DNA of 64,000 bases, from NCBI GenBank assembly GCA_012295275.1, contig CM022672.1, positions 32,240,001-32,304,000 on the forward strand, written 5' to 3'. The position numbers and the translations under genes are program-made. This DNA comes from Chrysomallon squamiferum. Its lineage: Eukaryota; Animalia; Mollusca. Shown in pieces: positions 12,578-26,383 of this stretch (position 1 is the stretch's first letter; every line of letters starts with the position of its first letter). The notes under the pieces are model-generated. The model made no database searches. It was given only the letters and a program-made list of their open reading frames with translations, and was not told the origin of the DNA.

Positions 12578-13598
12578 TCATAAGCACTTAGTAATACGAA
12601 TGTTGTGTCCGACTCCAACCAAAAACTCAGGAATGGACTTGGAACTATTGACACGGTCCTGGCACAAGGATTTGAGTCTCCTCTGAAGCGAATATGACCT
12701 TTGTTCTTCGGAGGATTGCCAACTGCATCCTGTTGAAGAACGGTGTGTACAGTGGATTCTTCACGCTGGAAAGGTACACGAAGCACATAAACCTGGGAGA
12801 ACTGAGTTGGAGCCATGGAGAAGTTGTCATCCATGAGGATGTTATCACAGAGGCCAGGCGCCTCAGTCCCAGTTCTGTACTAAGACGATGATCCTGCTAC
12901 TAGTCTCTGGTCCAGTGTCGTAGAGTAGGAATGGCTCTGGATAAGGGCCAACGGTTTTCTGCCACTCATCTGGTATGAACTCAGAGAGGTGCTGTGGTAC
13001 AGGAGGAGTCTTGCTTAGTGGTCTCCTCGAGTGGTATTCGTGACTGCACATCTGGTCCGAGCTCGGCTGAGACTTGAGTGATGATCTGTGATGACTTTTC
13101 CAGTGAGTTCGCAGGTTGGTCACGCATGGCGTTGCGACACTTGGTGTATGAGATCTCAGTGTGATCAGGTGCATGAACGACCGGGTTCAGGATCAGTCAT
13201 ATCTGCCGTAGTGCTGAGTGCAGCCAGACAACCTTTAAAGACATAATATAATACACTAATTAATACCAGAATATCAAGTCATTCGGAAATATTGATATTC
13301 AAACCTTAGACCCATCCTATATACATTTTTTGCTGTGTTCTGAAGAAATATACAAGATTTTCCCGCCCATCCAATTAAATCGCATGTATTAACATATCAG
13401 TGCATTTCAGAAATACAAAATATAAATAAAATCATATGCAGTATATGCACTCTCATACATAACAAGGTGGACTTTCTTGGAGCACTTCCAGCAAATTTTG
13501 TTCTTCCTAGTAGCTAACTTGGTATACATGTGCCTATGATAACAAATGTTTGATCCACCTTTCTGACTCTTGATGACATCCACAGTAATTTTATTCAT
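12578..13598 (-). mobile_element. Degenerate MULE/Mutator transposase with N-terminal FLYWCH finger (family 1, copy A)
   Basis: KSQKGGSNICYHRHMYTK...ICWKCSKK, an intron, GCLAALSTT (FLYWCH); then PFLLYDTG...RIIVL and MDDNFSMAPTQFSQVYVL (first catalytic Asp region); C-terminal SIPEFLVGVGH. Frameshifts, stops and an internal deletion. Confidence 0.85.
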
Positions 13599-14158
13599 AT
13601 ATATGTGTTTTTATTCTAATGATGGCACTAATGATTCTGAGGAATGGTGCTCCCTCGCATCTTTTATATTGATATCATGGGTAATTGAGTTGGAAGTCAT
13701 CTGGGAAGCCATATATGGGATAAGATAAAGGGATAGATCTGAGGATAAGATAAAGGGATAGGTCTGAGGACATAAAGAGAAGGGATTATGCTTTGAATGG
13801 GAAAATTAGAGAATCGCTTTTTAAATGGTTTCTTAAAGAAAATGATAAATGAGACATTAAAAGAACGCATTGGATAGGTCAAGGACTCAATGACAATTAA
13901 AACTCAACTGGGTAAGTTAATTAGGAAATTGTCTTATGTTAGAGAGATGTGGAGATATAGTGTTTATGGTGAAACATATGGATTGTCAATTGGGGAATGA
14001 TAATTAATGGGTGAAAGGGGCATACTTATGATGGAAGATTTAAGAAGCATTAAAAATATTTATTTGGAACTACAAAGTTTTTAATACCTTTAACATAGTT
14101 AAAATAGCAATTTTAGTAAAAATGTATTGTTTTTTTCTTTTCCGTTTCTTTTCTTCCT

Positions 14159-14193
<35 letters not shown>

Positions 14194-14250
14194 CTGTTTC
14201 TTTCTTTCCTACAACCGTTTAACAAAATGGTTTACTTGACGACGTTCTTA

Positions 14251-14290
14251 CGGGAAGTGACGTTATCGAGAGTGCAGGAAATGACGTTAT
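14251..14290 (+). promoter_or_regulatory. Tandem ETS-CRE-like motifs (also 55740-55777)
   Basis: cgggaagtgacgtt and caggaaatgacgtt in a small CpG-rich patch, retained in both copies. Motif match only. Confidence 0.3.
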
Positions 14291-15889
14291 AGATCTCAAA
14301 AAGTTTCAACTGAACAATTTATACTTGAAAGGTAATTTATGTTGTTAATTTTAATTTGAAACCAAACACTGATTTTAACAATTATCTGAACTTAATCGTA
14401 ATACTAATCTATTTATAACAATGAAACAATTTTATTAACCGTCGAACGTTAGTTTTATATCAATTAGCATATCCTGACAGTGTGATCGTGTTCTAAACAA
14501 AATGATACTAATAAATTAATATTCTATTAAAAAAAAAAAAAATAAAAAAAAAAAAAATAATAAAAAAAAAAATCAAAATTCAACTTTTTTTTAGAAAAAA
14601 AAATTATTTTTAACCCTAATCTTAACCTAATTAGCAAAACTATCTAAACTTTTAGACTCAACAACTGAATATAAAGTATAATATTTAATTGTTTAGTGGA
14701 TAAAGAATAATATATATATTTTTTAGTGGATAACAATTTCACTGATTCAGTGTTAATGATGCTCAAAAATTGGCCTAGTAAAATATAATAATATATGAAT
14801 ACATGATTCAAAACTAACACAAATATTTATATTTATTTAAACGAAAATCAGGAATTCATGTTGTGACTGTCTCCAATTTAAAATTCAATAAAAAAAATGA
14901 GTTAAACAGTTAGAATTAGACAGTTAATATACATGTTTTATTATTTGGATTCACTACTTCATGAAATATCTCATATGTTATATTTATATGCATAACTTTT
15001 AAGCACACACACACACACACACACACACATTTATACTACACCTGGGTTAATGTATAAAAACTATTGAACAACAATATTCCTCACCCTTAGGAAGCTGTTT
15101 CTTAAGTTTAATAATGCTAGCTAAAAATTTATAATTAAAAACATAAAACAAAATAACCTGAAATATTTATTTCAACAAGAAAACAAAGGTTAACAACATC
15201 AAAACTACTTTTTCATATGAAAAAGATAATTTTAGAAAAATAAAAAATTGTAAGATTTCTGATTTATCAAATAAAAGTATATTAGTAAAATATACAACAG
15301 GAAATAAAACAAGAATTCCAAGACATTTGTTTACCAAAAATGTCAACATTAATAAATAATTTAACAGATAATTCAGACTATTCATTAAGAAAATTTCTAA
15401 TTTTATGTTCCATACAACATATACGTGATACATTCAGGTTTACATATTTCCTTCCATTTTATATTTTATATTTTATTAACACACTTTTATTAGGTAAATT
15501 TTTAACAGAAGTCTTGGCATTTTATATTTTGATTAGATGATAGACTACATTATTCTTTAAAACAAATACAAAAATAAAATAAAATAAATAAATTGAAAAA
15601 TTATCTCCCTTGAACTAAACACTTTTTGATCTAAAATATGTAGCTTTTTTAAGGCAATCATCAAGGCTATCTAACATAAATCAATCTTTAAAAAATAATT
15701 TTTGTTTGTCACATACTTGACTACTTGGTCCTGTGTCTGATCCAAACATTCTGAATACTGATCTACATCTGATTACATGTTGTGTGAACAACATTGTGAC
15801 TTTGAGTCTATATTTACAGTATTTAAATTTTTCACTAAGTGTAGTCCATGCTTCACACAAGTAACAGTTTTTAAAATGTTATTTTGGTG

Positions 15890-17227
15890 TTGAACTTTCT
15901 AACACATTTCAATATTCTCCAAGCATTCAGTTCTTTATATTTGTTATGGAGATGTTCATCTTCTGTTTGCTTAGTTCAGGATAATCAGACAACTTTAAAA
16001 ACTTGGAGGCAAACTTGACAAGTCATTTAGAATCAATGTCATTTCTCACATGTATTCTTTCTTTCTCAAAACAAGCTCATGATAAAGAACCCTGAAGATA
16101 ATAATAAAAAAGAAAATGATTATTAAAATAAAAATAATATTCAGAGTTATATAAATTATATTGAAATGTCCTTGATTATAAATATTTACCTGGAAATGTA
16201 GATTATACAATTTGACATATAAAATGAAGACTAGATGTAATTAAAATGAGATGTGTTGTGACTTAATAGTAGAGAGCTGAGCTGAGAAGAAACAGATTGT
16301 AGTATCAATCTTGAAAACTGAAAACACAAACACCTGTCTTAATTAACAGTGAAAATGTAGATGGTTTTTCTCTCACAGTTTCATTATCAAAAATAACAAT
16401 AATGTCTGTCATCTGAAGCAGATTTTTTCAAATTATTAATCAGAAAATGATTTTAGTGAACTTCATGGTAACTGAAAGGTCTGAGAGACAAGTTCACATT
16501 TATTTACCAATCAAGCAGCCTGTTAAACTAGCATGATGGGTGATGTGAAACATCTGACAGTCAACTGTTGTTCTGTAACTCTCCTCTGATTTCTCTGCTC
16601 TGTTATGTGAGAATTTGCTGTGTTTAGATTTCTGTACTCTGTGTACAACAATCAGCTTGTGTCTGAAAAATAAAATATTAAAAACAAGACAAATGTTAGA
16701 ATTACAAATGTAATGTACACACAGTTTACTTACCAATCACTGAGTCTGTTAACTAGCACTGGATGTGTGATGTAAAACATCTGATAGTAACAGTATTACA
16801 AATCTATTTTTATCATTTTAATTCAGAGTAATATTTTCAACAGTAAACAAGTACAGTTAATTTAAATGAAATAAAATTAAGTCAAAGTGCATTTCAGTAT
16901 CTCATCTACACCTATCATTATTTACAAATAAACAATAAAATTATATGTAATAATATTAATATTAAAACCTTCTCACGTGGCATTAAGTAATTTATTATTC
17001 TAAAACTTTATAAAATCTGGCAGTAAACTGAATTACCTGTCCATTATACCCAGCATCTGTTTACAAACATGTTGAGTACATCTGAGTGTCTGAGTCTGTA
17101 CAAATTTCCCTCAAAATCTAGAACTGGCAAACTGATTGTTCTTCCATGAATTGTACACTGCAGACATGGTCAAGTGGTCAATCTTGCCTGATTGGACATT
17201 TTTCTGATCAGCAAGGGCTTGTTTATC
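15890..17227 (-). pseudogene. DHX8: Unprocessed 3' fragment of DEAH-box helicase DHX8/Prp22 (3 exons plus a partial exon duplicate)
   Basis: 17227-17037 DKQALADQK...[17 protein letters not shown]...*...KQMLGIMDR; 16662-16508 HKLIVV.RVQKS...EESYRT; 16091 to about 15890 VLYHELVLRKKEYM*EMT..K*LVKFASKFLKLSD..LSKQK..NKYKELNAWRI. Matches the recalled DHX8 C-terminus ([13 protein letters not shown]..., WVVYHELVLTTKEYMREVT..., NAWRIS). Stops and frameshifts; introns retained. Confidence 0.92.
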
Positions 17228-18054
17228 CTGCAAAATAAATAAATAAAATTAATTTATCAAAACAAAAAACACACAAAAAACTACATTTTTATCATTGACA
17301 ACCCTCAACTGAGAGTAGTAGACTGTCTCCTGGGCTGATCTGACTCTGGATTCTGACAAACACAAATTATTTATATTACTGATTCAGAAAGAATTTTGAA
17401 ATACTACTACCACTACTAATAAGAATAATAATAATAATAATAAAATAATTATAAAAATAAACTACGTAATTGTAAATAAAGAACAAATAAATGGAACCTT
17501 AAAAAATGTAATATTTCAGAAAATATAATGATTAAGAAATATATTATTTTATAATGTAACGAATAAAGAAATAAAAATTAAAAAACAATACAACTATCTG
17601 TTGATGTGAATGCCTCACCTGAATTTACTATTATATAATATTTATACTCACTTCTCATTAGTGTTTTTTTTTTTTTTTTTGACATTCTGCTAGAAAACCT
17701 GCATGTTACAGTCAATTAATTCTGTCTAGTGCATTAAAAAAAAAAAGTTTTTACATTAGTTTTTACTTTCTGAATGTTTTATCAGGTGGAACAAAAAAAA
17801 AAAACAAACAAAGAACCCACATTTATCAGTTTTGAATGATTACTATGGATTTTGTCCTTTTTGATTTTCTCTCTTTTTATTAATTTCTTGTTTTGTTTTA
17901 TAATGTTTTATTTCTGTGTTATAAAATATGAATTACTAGTATCCCATTTCATGAACCTCTCCAACCCAATCCAATATATACATATTATTCAAACTGCTGT
18001 ATTTCTACAAAATAACAGAAAGAAATTAGTCTCTGTTTACATACTTCAAAAAAG

Positions 18055-18088
<34 letters not shown>

Positions 18089-18509
18089 CATTCATATTTT
18101 GAAACAGCAGAAAGTTGTATAAAGGTTATTTGAAAAGAATAGTCAGTTTTTCCCAGACTTTCTTTGTGTCATTTTGTAGTGTTTGTTTTAAATATGTATA
18201 TGTCACATTTGGAAACTCTAGCACAAACAGTTTTCATACATCATCTTTCTAAAAATGTTAGGACAGTACAAACAAGATAGATGACAAAAACAAAAAACAA
18301 ATGAAGTTTAAAAACCATATTTCCATTTACTATGTCTGTAGGGGTTATGTTATGTATTATTATTATTATGTAATCTGTGTATATGCACTTCCTGTTACAA
18401 AAAATCTGAAACATTTATCTGAAAAAGTTAATTTTTTATGTATATTTTCTGAAACAATTTTGTTTATTAAAATTGTGTTATTTTTCATCTAGTGTGACAC
18501 CTTAAATGT

Positions 18510-18680
18510 TATTCACTTAAATGTATCCAGCCACACAGACAAAGCTTTAAAATTTACATCTTCAAATATTCTAGCAAATTCCTCAGCTTTTCTAAATAAT
18601 ACAGACCCAGATACTGGGAGATTTTTACCCTTTGTATGTTTTAACCATTTCAAAGTTCCAGTTTGTGTGTTAAATTCAGA
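18510..18680 (-). mobile_element. Tigger/pogo transposase CENP-B-type HTH relic
   Basis: LKWLKHTKGKNLPVSGSVLFRKAEEFARIFEDVNFKALSVWLDTFK fits the W...lPvSG..l..KA..fA......FkaS.gWL..FK pattern. Confidence 0.8.
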
Positions 18681-19286
18681 TAGACATTTATTTGCAGAAT
18701 GGAAAAAAAACAAGCATTATTTATCTCAGATAATTACAATTATGTTAATTTGTAATTAGATCATCTTATTATTTTATATTATAATAGGAAAGTATCACAA
18801 ATGTTCCATATTTTAATAGTCAAATCCTGCATTAATATTAAACAATAGGTGTAAGTAATGTAACTTGTTTATCTCTTACTTGAGTGTAATGAATCATAAT
18901 CTCAGTGAGAAGGAAGACACTTGATTCAAAAGGATGAAGACAAACAAATGGATCAGAAAATAAAATATCATGATACTGGATATAGCCCATATATACTGTT
19001 AACACTATAATTTTCTTATTTCAATTCTTTTCAATATCCCAAGTCAACTATTTAAGTTTTAGTTTTTCCTTTTGTTTGTATTATAAGTATGTACAGCCTA
19101 TATATACTATCAGTGTTCTTATTTCAGTTCTTTTCAAACACCACCAGTAAACTATTTAAGTTTCAGCTTTTATTTTTTCTTTGTGATGTAAATGTAAGTT
19201 TGCCTAACATATAACTATATTATAAAATACAAACAATCTTATACTTGAAGACAAAAATAAAATTTTATAAAGAAGTTCAAGCTTAC

Positions 19287-21112
19287 CTTATTCTACTTCT
19301 GCATCTTCAAAATCAGTCAGGGTCATGGACTGGACATGTTTGATACTTTGAGGTGAGGAGGAAACTTGCTGATAGTCACCATGTTGAGAGTTTTCTGTTT
19401 GTGTTTAGTTTCACAGGACAAAGTAGGACTGCTTTTCTGAAACTGAAGATGTTGATAAAACTTTCAGGATTAAACAAAAAAGAGAAAAAGTTTAAATTTA
19501 TAGACAGATTTACACATTCAGTAGAAATGCTGATATGATTATCAGTTTAATGTGTTTGTTTGATCATAACCATAATTAAGATGAAGGCAACATGAAGAGA
19601 ATTTATATCTTAGAATCCACAGTCACTTGACACAAAATGAGATAATGTACCTCAGTACATTTTGTGAATTTCACCATTTTAAAAGTAAATATAATTTATG
19701 AAATATAATATCAAAAGCTGACAAAAACTCAAGATGTCACTGGATCACATGACTTCATGACAACATTCACAACTTCTAATGTATGCTATGTCATCTGTAT
19801 GCTGATTATGTAGATTACTTTTAAAATCAGTTATTAAAGCTGGGGAGAATTTGTACTACCTTTTTTTTTTTTTTTTAAGTATGAGCAGCTTTTGTCTGCC
19901 TGTGCATTTTTTGGTTGGAGGTTTTTTTTGTTTTGAGGAGCTTTTGGCTGTGTTCACAGTTTTATATCTTAGTTATATTAACTAACAATGTGCTTCATCA
20001 TGTTCATTCAGAAAATAAATTAAACTGAGAATATATTTTAATAAAATAATAATAAAATAAAACTTTATAAATAAAATATTCTGCAAATATTATTCCAGTG
20101 AATTTGGTAATTATAAAAAAAAACATCTTTAGCACATGAAAGGGAATAAAAAAAAAATGATATGATAATCATAAAATAATAAATCTATCAGTAACAAATA
20201 AAAACAACTTTCATTTATTTTAAGGTTTCTAAACTATCATCTGATAGGAATTACAAATTTCTAATGGAAATTGTGACTTTCTTGATACTTTAAAAAAAAT
20301 TCTACTATTTTTTATTCACTATCAATTCACACAACACCGAGTTATAAAACCTCCCCAAAATTAAGTTTAATAAATCCTCAACAGGTAGTCATATTTATAA
20401 TTCTTTTATTTTTTTATTTTTTTTTTTAATAGTTTACCTGAAGCAGTTTAATTTGTCCATCAACCGAAATGACGTCTGCCTCAACAGACAAAGTTGTTGC
20501 TATGGATACCAGTTCTACTGTTACTGAGTTTACACTGATATCCCTATTCCTCCTAATCTCAACCTAAATCACAAATAAATCTTTACATATAACATTTCAT
20601 ATCTTGATTTTACATTCTTGAGTAATCTTTAAGTTGTCTTAAATTGGTTATCTATTAAACAGAAACCTGACTTGAATTTACATTTATATTGATCAATATC
20701 TAAGAAGAGTATTTATATATTTTCAGTATATAAAAATAATTTTTACTATTATCTGACCTCTATTCTTAACTAAAAACTAAACAATAACAAGAATGAAAAA
20801 AATCATGAAAGGAAGAAGAAATAGCATGAAATAGCATTTTAAAATAGTAGCATTAACATTAATAATAACAACATTATTATTAAAGTAATAAAAATCAAAA
20901 CAATAAATAAATATATAAATAAATAAATAAATAAATAAAAAGTATGATTAAACAGAAAAAAATCAAACAAAACACTTACCTTTTTACCAATGAGGATGGG
21001 ATTTTGATGCTGAACTTTCTTGCTAACTTGCATGACACAACTGCAGAAAAATTATTTAACAATTATTAATAATACTGATAAAGTAATTTGAATATATCTA
21101 ATTATATAGATA

Positions 21113-21174
<62 letters not shown>

Positions 21175-22560
21175 GAATTTTCCTTCTGTACATATGCTAT
21201 AATTTATAACAAAATAGATGTTATTATATGCAACAAATTAACTTAAGTCAGAAAAGAACAACACTAGGCTATAAGCAGCACATTTATCAACACTATTAAA
21301 ATATTTATTGTTAAGTTTAACATGCTTCCTGTTAAGAAATTTTAACACAGAATTCTAAAATTCAACATCATAAAAAAAGAGTTTCAGTATTTCATACAGA
21401 TGTGGATTATTATTAAATAAATAAACTAGTGTTTTGCCAGTTACAATGAATCTGTCAAATTTGTTTTCTAAAATCTGTCTGGAACTGTGTGTTAACAGTT
21501 TTTTAACAAGTGTGTTTGAAATTGTAAAGATAAAAAGTGGAGAAATGCTGATTTTAAACTGACACAGTTTTCTAACAGACATTACTTACTAGGAATGAGA
21601 CTTTCCGAGAAGCTGGACAACAGTGGGGTGACACTTCCAGACATTTCCTACTCCTCAACTTGACCAGCTGCCTCAGAGAGAAACCATCTTGATGAAAAGT
21701 TAGAGTACTCCCACCTTGTTCACCAGCCAGTCTGAACACAGGATACTCAACTAAAAAACAAAACAGTAAACATCACAATCTACTTAACATTACCTACAGC
21801 CTGTTTATCACAAACTTATGTCTTCAGTGTTCAAGTAATATCATTCTGACACAAAAGCTGAATACAGAGCAGTTATTAACTGAACAAAAATTCAAAATAA
21901 ATAATTTAATACTCTGTAGAGAAATGTTTTAAAATGTCATTTAATAGAAATTCAGCATGACACCAAAACCTACAGCTATTCTGAATCTGTGGTTTACATT
22001 TATTTTCTTATTTATATTTATCAGATATAAATTGTAATACTTTACCATACGAGGAAACTGGCTTCATCTCTTTATTAATGAAACATATTTAGTGATAACT
22101 TTGATAAAACTGACATTGGAGCAGAAACAAACAATGATATTCTAACACAGAAAATAACACATCTAACACAAATATAGATAAAAATATATAACATGCATCA
22201 CATTAATATTTATATATATTATTTTATCACTTAAATAATGAATATATAGGAAATATATATAGAAAACAACAACAATCTTCTTCATAATTTGGTGTCACTC
22301 ACTGTCAAAGAAACACACACACTCCTGTCTCCATCTCATCAAGTCTACAACATCAGCAGCTAATCTGTCAAGAGAGACACACTGAACTCTTCTCTCTCTC
22401 AACACTTTGCTAGTCTCCTTAGTAACCTTCAAAATAAAAATAAAACACCACATTATTATCATTAGATTCTTTTATTCACTCAGTTCTGCTATTCAAATAC
22501 AACATCTTATTAGAAAAAGATTATTTTCATTCATTTAAGTATACTGACAGTAAAATACTG

Positions 22561-22644
<84 letters not shown>

Positions 22645-23149
22645 ATAAAATTATAATAACAAAAGATACTGAAAATTACCTTTAAAATTACCTTAAATGT
22701 TTAATAATATAAAATGTTGTTTGTTATTAAAATATTTTTGTTGATATTTTATTTTAAATAAGTAGATAGAAAAGAGCTGGCTAACACCTTATATCTCTCA
22801 CAATAACACGCTTTAAAATAATGATGATTTATGTTGCATACATAAAATAATACAATAAAAAATAAAACTAAAAAACAATAAGGAAGAAATTTAATAAGAA
22901 ATAAAATTACAGAGACCTACACACTCATTAAATTATCTAAAATGTAGATAATAATAATTTAAAAACAGAAGAAAAAAGAAGGAATTCACTTACAGAACAA
23001 ATCAAATTCCAAAGCCTGTTAACAAGCTGTGTACAGATCTCCGTGTCGTGAATGATAACGAGTGATGAACTTTGACCTTTCACCTTTCACCTGCATGCTT
23101 TTGTCGTGCTGTAAAACGTGTATCAACTCGTGCTCTGGCATGTAGTAAA
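19287..23149 (-). pseudogene. Unidentified multi-exon gene relic (six exons)
   Basis: AG/GT-bounded exons: 23149-22994 (YYMPEHELIHVLQHD...C*QALEFDLF), 22426-22303 (VTKETSKVLRERRVQCVSLDRLAADVVDLMRWRQECVCFFD), 21750-21590 (IEYPVFRLAGEQGGSTLTFHQDG...), 21040-20980, 20563-20438 (VEIRRNRDISVNSVTVELVSIATTLSVEADVISVDGQIKLLQ); a sixth exon ends at the 19287 donor, acceptor uncertain. Two junctions are in phase and two are not; internal stops. Confidence 0.65.
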
Positions 23150-23323
23150 CTAAATAATAACAAGAAAAATAAAGAGTAAATGATAATAATAATAATAAAT
23201 GAATTTAATAGGAAAACCTGTATATAGATTATTTATTTATTCATTTATTTATTTATTTTTTTTATTTTATTTTTTATGTTGTTGTCGTTTTTAATAATTT
23301 TTATTTAAAAAAAAAAAAAATTA

Positions 23324-23366
<43 letters not shown>

Positions 23367-25574
23367 TTCAATTTGTTCGTTTCTGTTTTGTTGTTGTTGT
23401 CGTCGTTGTCGAATTTGCTGTAATAAATTGTTTCGGAAAGAATTGTAAAGCGTCAGTTATTTGTGCAGTGTTTAAGGTGAAATTCACATCAGCAGTGAGT
23501 ACTGAGAACTGGATGGGATGGTATGGGGTGGGGGGTGACCTGGTTTATTAATTTTGTTTGAGCGCTGGGACACGACTTGAAGTCGATCGATAAACGAGTT
23601 GTCATGGCAGCGAAACATAAGCTGCCTTATAGTTTCTTTCTTGTATTTATTTATTTGTTTATTTATTTGTTTATTATTATTGTTGTTGTTCTTTATACCG
23701 TGATAATCAATATACTGTTCCCCTTTATTTTTTTTGATTTAATATATATATATATATACTGTTCCCCTTTATTTTTTTTGATATATATATATATATATAT
23801 AAATGCTTTCAATGATTTATTTTCGTATTTATTTCTAAATTGATTTTTATAGATATCATTCTTTTTTTTTTTTTTTTTTTTTTTTCAAAATTAAGACTAA
23901 CGGTTCGACGGTGAATGTGTGTTGTTTTTGATGATGATATAATATAATCGACAAGAACAGAAAAATGAACAACCACTACAAGAAGAACATTAACAAGGAC
24001 GGCAGCAATAATAATAATAACAAAGACACCGTAAAATGCGCTAAATAATAATAAGAAGTAGAAAAGTATCAATAATAGCGACGATAAGAAGACGCTGAAG
24101 AGGCAGACAATAATAGAACTAATAATAACAACAACAACAACAATTATTACAACATGAAGACGAGAAACCATTACAATAACAACATTCACAGTAATGAAAC
24201 AACAACAACGATATGAATAATTATAATTCAAATGATATCATAAGAAAAAATACCGTAAAAGAGGCAAAATATTATTGAGAATTACAGCGATTCTGTTAAT
24301 AGTAATAATGACGAGACGATGAGAACCATAACGATAGCAGTAGAAAAATAATAATAATAATAATAATAATAAGAAGAAGAAGAAGAAGAAGAAGAAGAAC
24401 AACAACAACAACAACACTATAACACAAAAACAGTTACAATAATAATAATTAAAATAACAGTCATAATAATGACTATGACGACAACGATGAAGCTGACAAC
24501 AGCAGAAATAAGGAAAGTTACCATGATGAACACAATGGTAATAACAATCATAGCAGCATCAGAAGAAAGATCATCAACCAAATAACAACATCAACAGCAA
24601 CGACATCAACAGCAGGAATAACACATAACAAGTGAAAAATTATAATGAGAAATGCAACTATTATAAAACCCAGTACTAATGATACAACGCCAACCACGGC
24701 GACATCAAAATAATAAGAACAACAACAGTAGCAAGAATAATAATAAGAACAACAACAAAATGAAAAAGACGAGAAATTAAAACATTAGTAGTAACTGTAA
24801 TAACAACGACAGCAGTAATAATAAAAAGTTAATAATAACTAAATTAAAAAATACAGTTACTGTAAACAACGACGACGGCAACAAGAAAACAAGTAATGAA
24901 GGTGACAGTTATGACAAATAATGAATGTGACAGTTATGACGGTAAACATTTTTTCCTTCTTTTTTTATCTCACGCAGTAGGGTTTTTAGCCATACCCTAA
25001 TAGGGCCTCGTTCAAGCTGTGGAAAGTTTTCTCAGCGATATTTAGATGAACTGTTTTCTGTGTTTCTTTAACATAGCAAATGGGTCCTAACTTATTTACT
25101 AAATCACGGATCGCAGTTTTGTTTATACCTACATCATAGTGGATACTTGATATTATATATAGTTTATAACTGTAGTATATGCAAAAATATCTATTATAAT
25201 CAACAGTCACAATTTCTTAATTACACAGTCAGCGGGTACACAAAAGGCGCAATTCCTAGACAAGAAACGAGCCATATTTTAATAGGTTCGTTAGCACTCG
25301 AGAGCTAACACCTCTTATGCGCTGGGCTTCATGACAACAGTGATGATGACAACATTTATAATAATCATAGTGACATGAGATAAAAGCCATCCACTATTAA
25401 AAAACAATAGCACATTAACAATAGCGACGACAACAATGACAGCGATAATAACAAAGCAGGAAAAACTGACATAATAATAGGCTTATTATTACTGTTGTTG
25501 TTGGTGGTGGTGGTGGTGGTGGTATTTGTTTGTTTGTTTTGTTTGATTATATGTTTTGTTTTTTATTTGATTTT

Positions 25575-26376
25575 TGTACATGTCTGCTTCTATCACCTAA
25601 CACAGGACACATGGAGGAAGATCCAGACTCTTGGTCTTGTACAGCGATAGAGAAGAGGAGGACGTGAAACTCTTCTGTGGCGTGCTAGATGGACTCGCCT
25701 TCTTACTAGTGGATGACGTCACTGAGGGTCTGACATATCTACAGAAGCACATACCAGAAAGACTCGAACCTCTCCTGGACTACATTGACACCACCTATGT
25801 GTCCTCATGAATGGGAATCAAGAACCAACAACACATGCGAGGGATGGAACAGCGCCTTTGCAAAGCTAGTTGGACATGCACGCTCTACCATCTGGAGAGA
25901 CATTGATAGCACACGGAAAGATCAGGTCCAGGTTGCTTCTGCCCTACTACGTGACCTGCGTGGTGAGCAACCAGCAAAGTGTGTGAGACGCCACACCCAC
26001 AAACCTCAGTCAAAGCGTGTGAGACGCCACACCCACAAACCTCAGTCAAAGCGTGTGAGGCGCCACACCCACAAACCTCAGTCAAAGCGTGTGAGGCGCC
26101 ACACCCACAAACCTCAGTCAAAGCTGCACAAACTGTGCACTGACAGGCGTGACAACAGCGAGACTGTCTCGGATATTTTTTAAGGGTATTGGCCACTGTG
26201 TAAAATTTAAAACTGAATAAATAATACTAATTCTGTTCTAAGTGTTCTATCGTATATGTCACTACTACTGTGTGGAGTGGGGATTTGTCCAAGTGGGGAA
26301 TTGTCTGTGTGGGTAATTTCTAACTGGGGAATTGTCTGTGTGGGGAATTGTCTGTGTGGGTAATTGTCCGTTTACC
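25575..26376 (+). mobile_element. MULE transposase 3' half with right terminal repeats (family 2, copy A)
   Basis: CFYHLTQDTWRKIQTLGL (CxxH motif), LDYIDTTYV, RTNNTCEGWNSAF (catalytic Glu). Subterminal ggggaattgtctgtgtggg repeats at 26275-26370, ending gtccgtttacc. Confidence 0.88.
25981..26124 (+). repeat. 36-bp in-frame tandem repeat x4 inside the MULE relic
   Basis: Unit gtgtgagacgccacacccacaaacctcagtcaaagc (KRVRRHTHKPQS); a single unit in copy B. Confidence 0.9.
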
Positions 26377-26383
26377 TTGAAAT

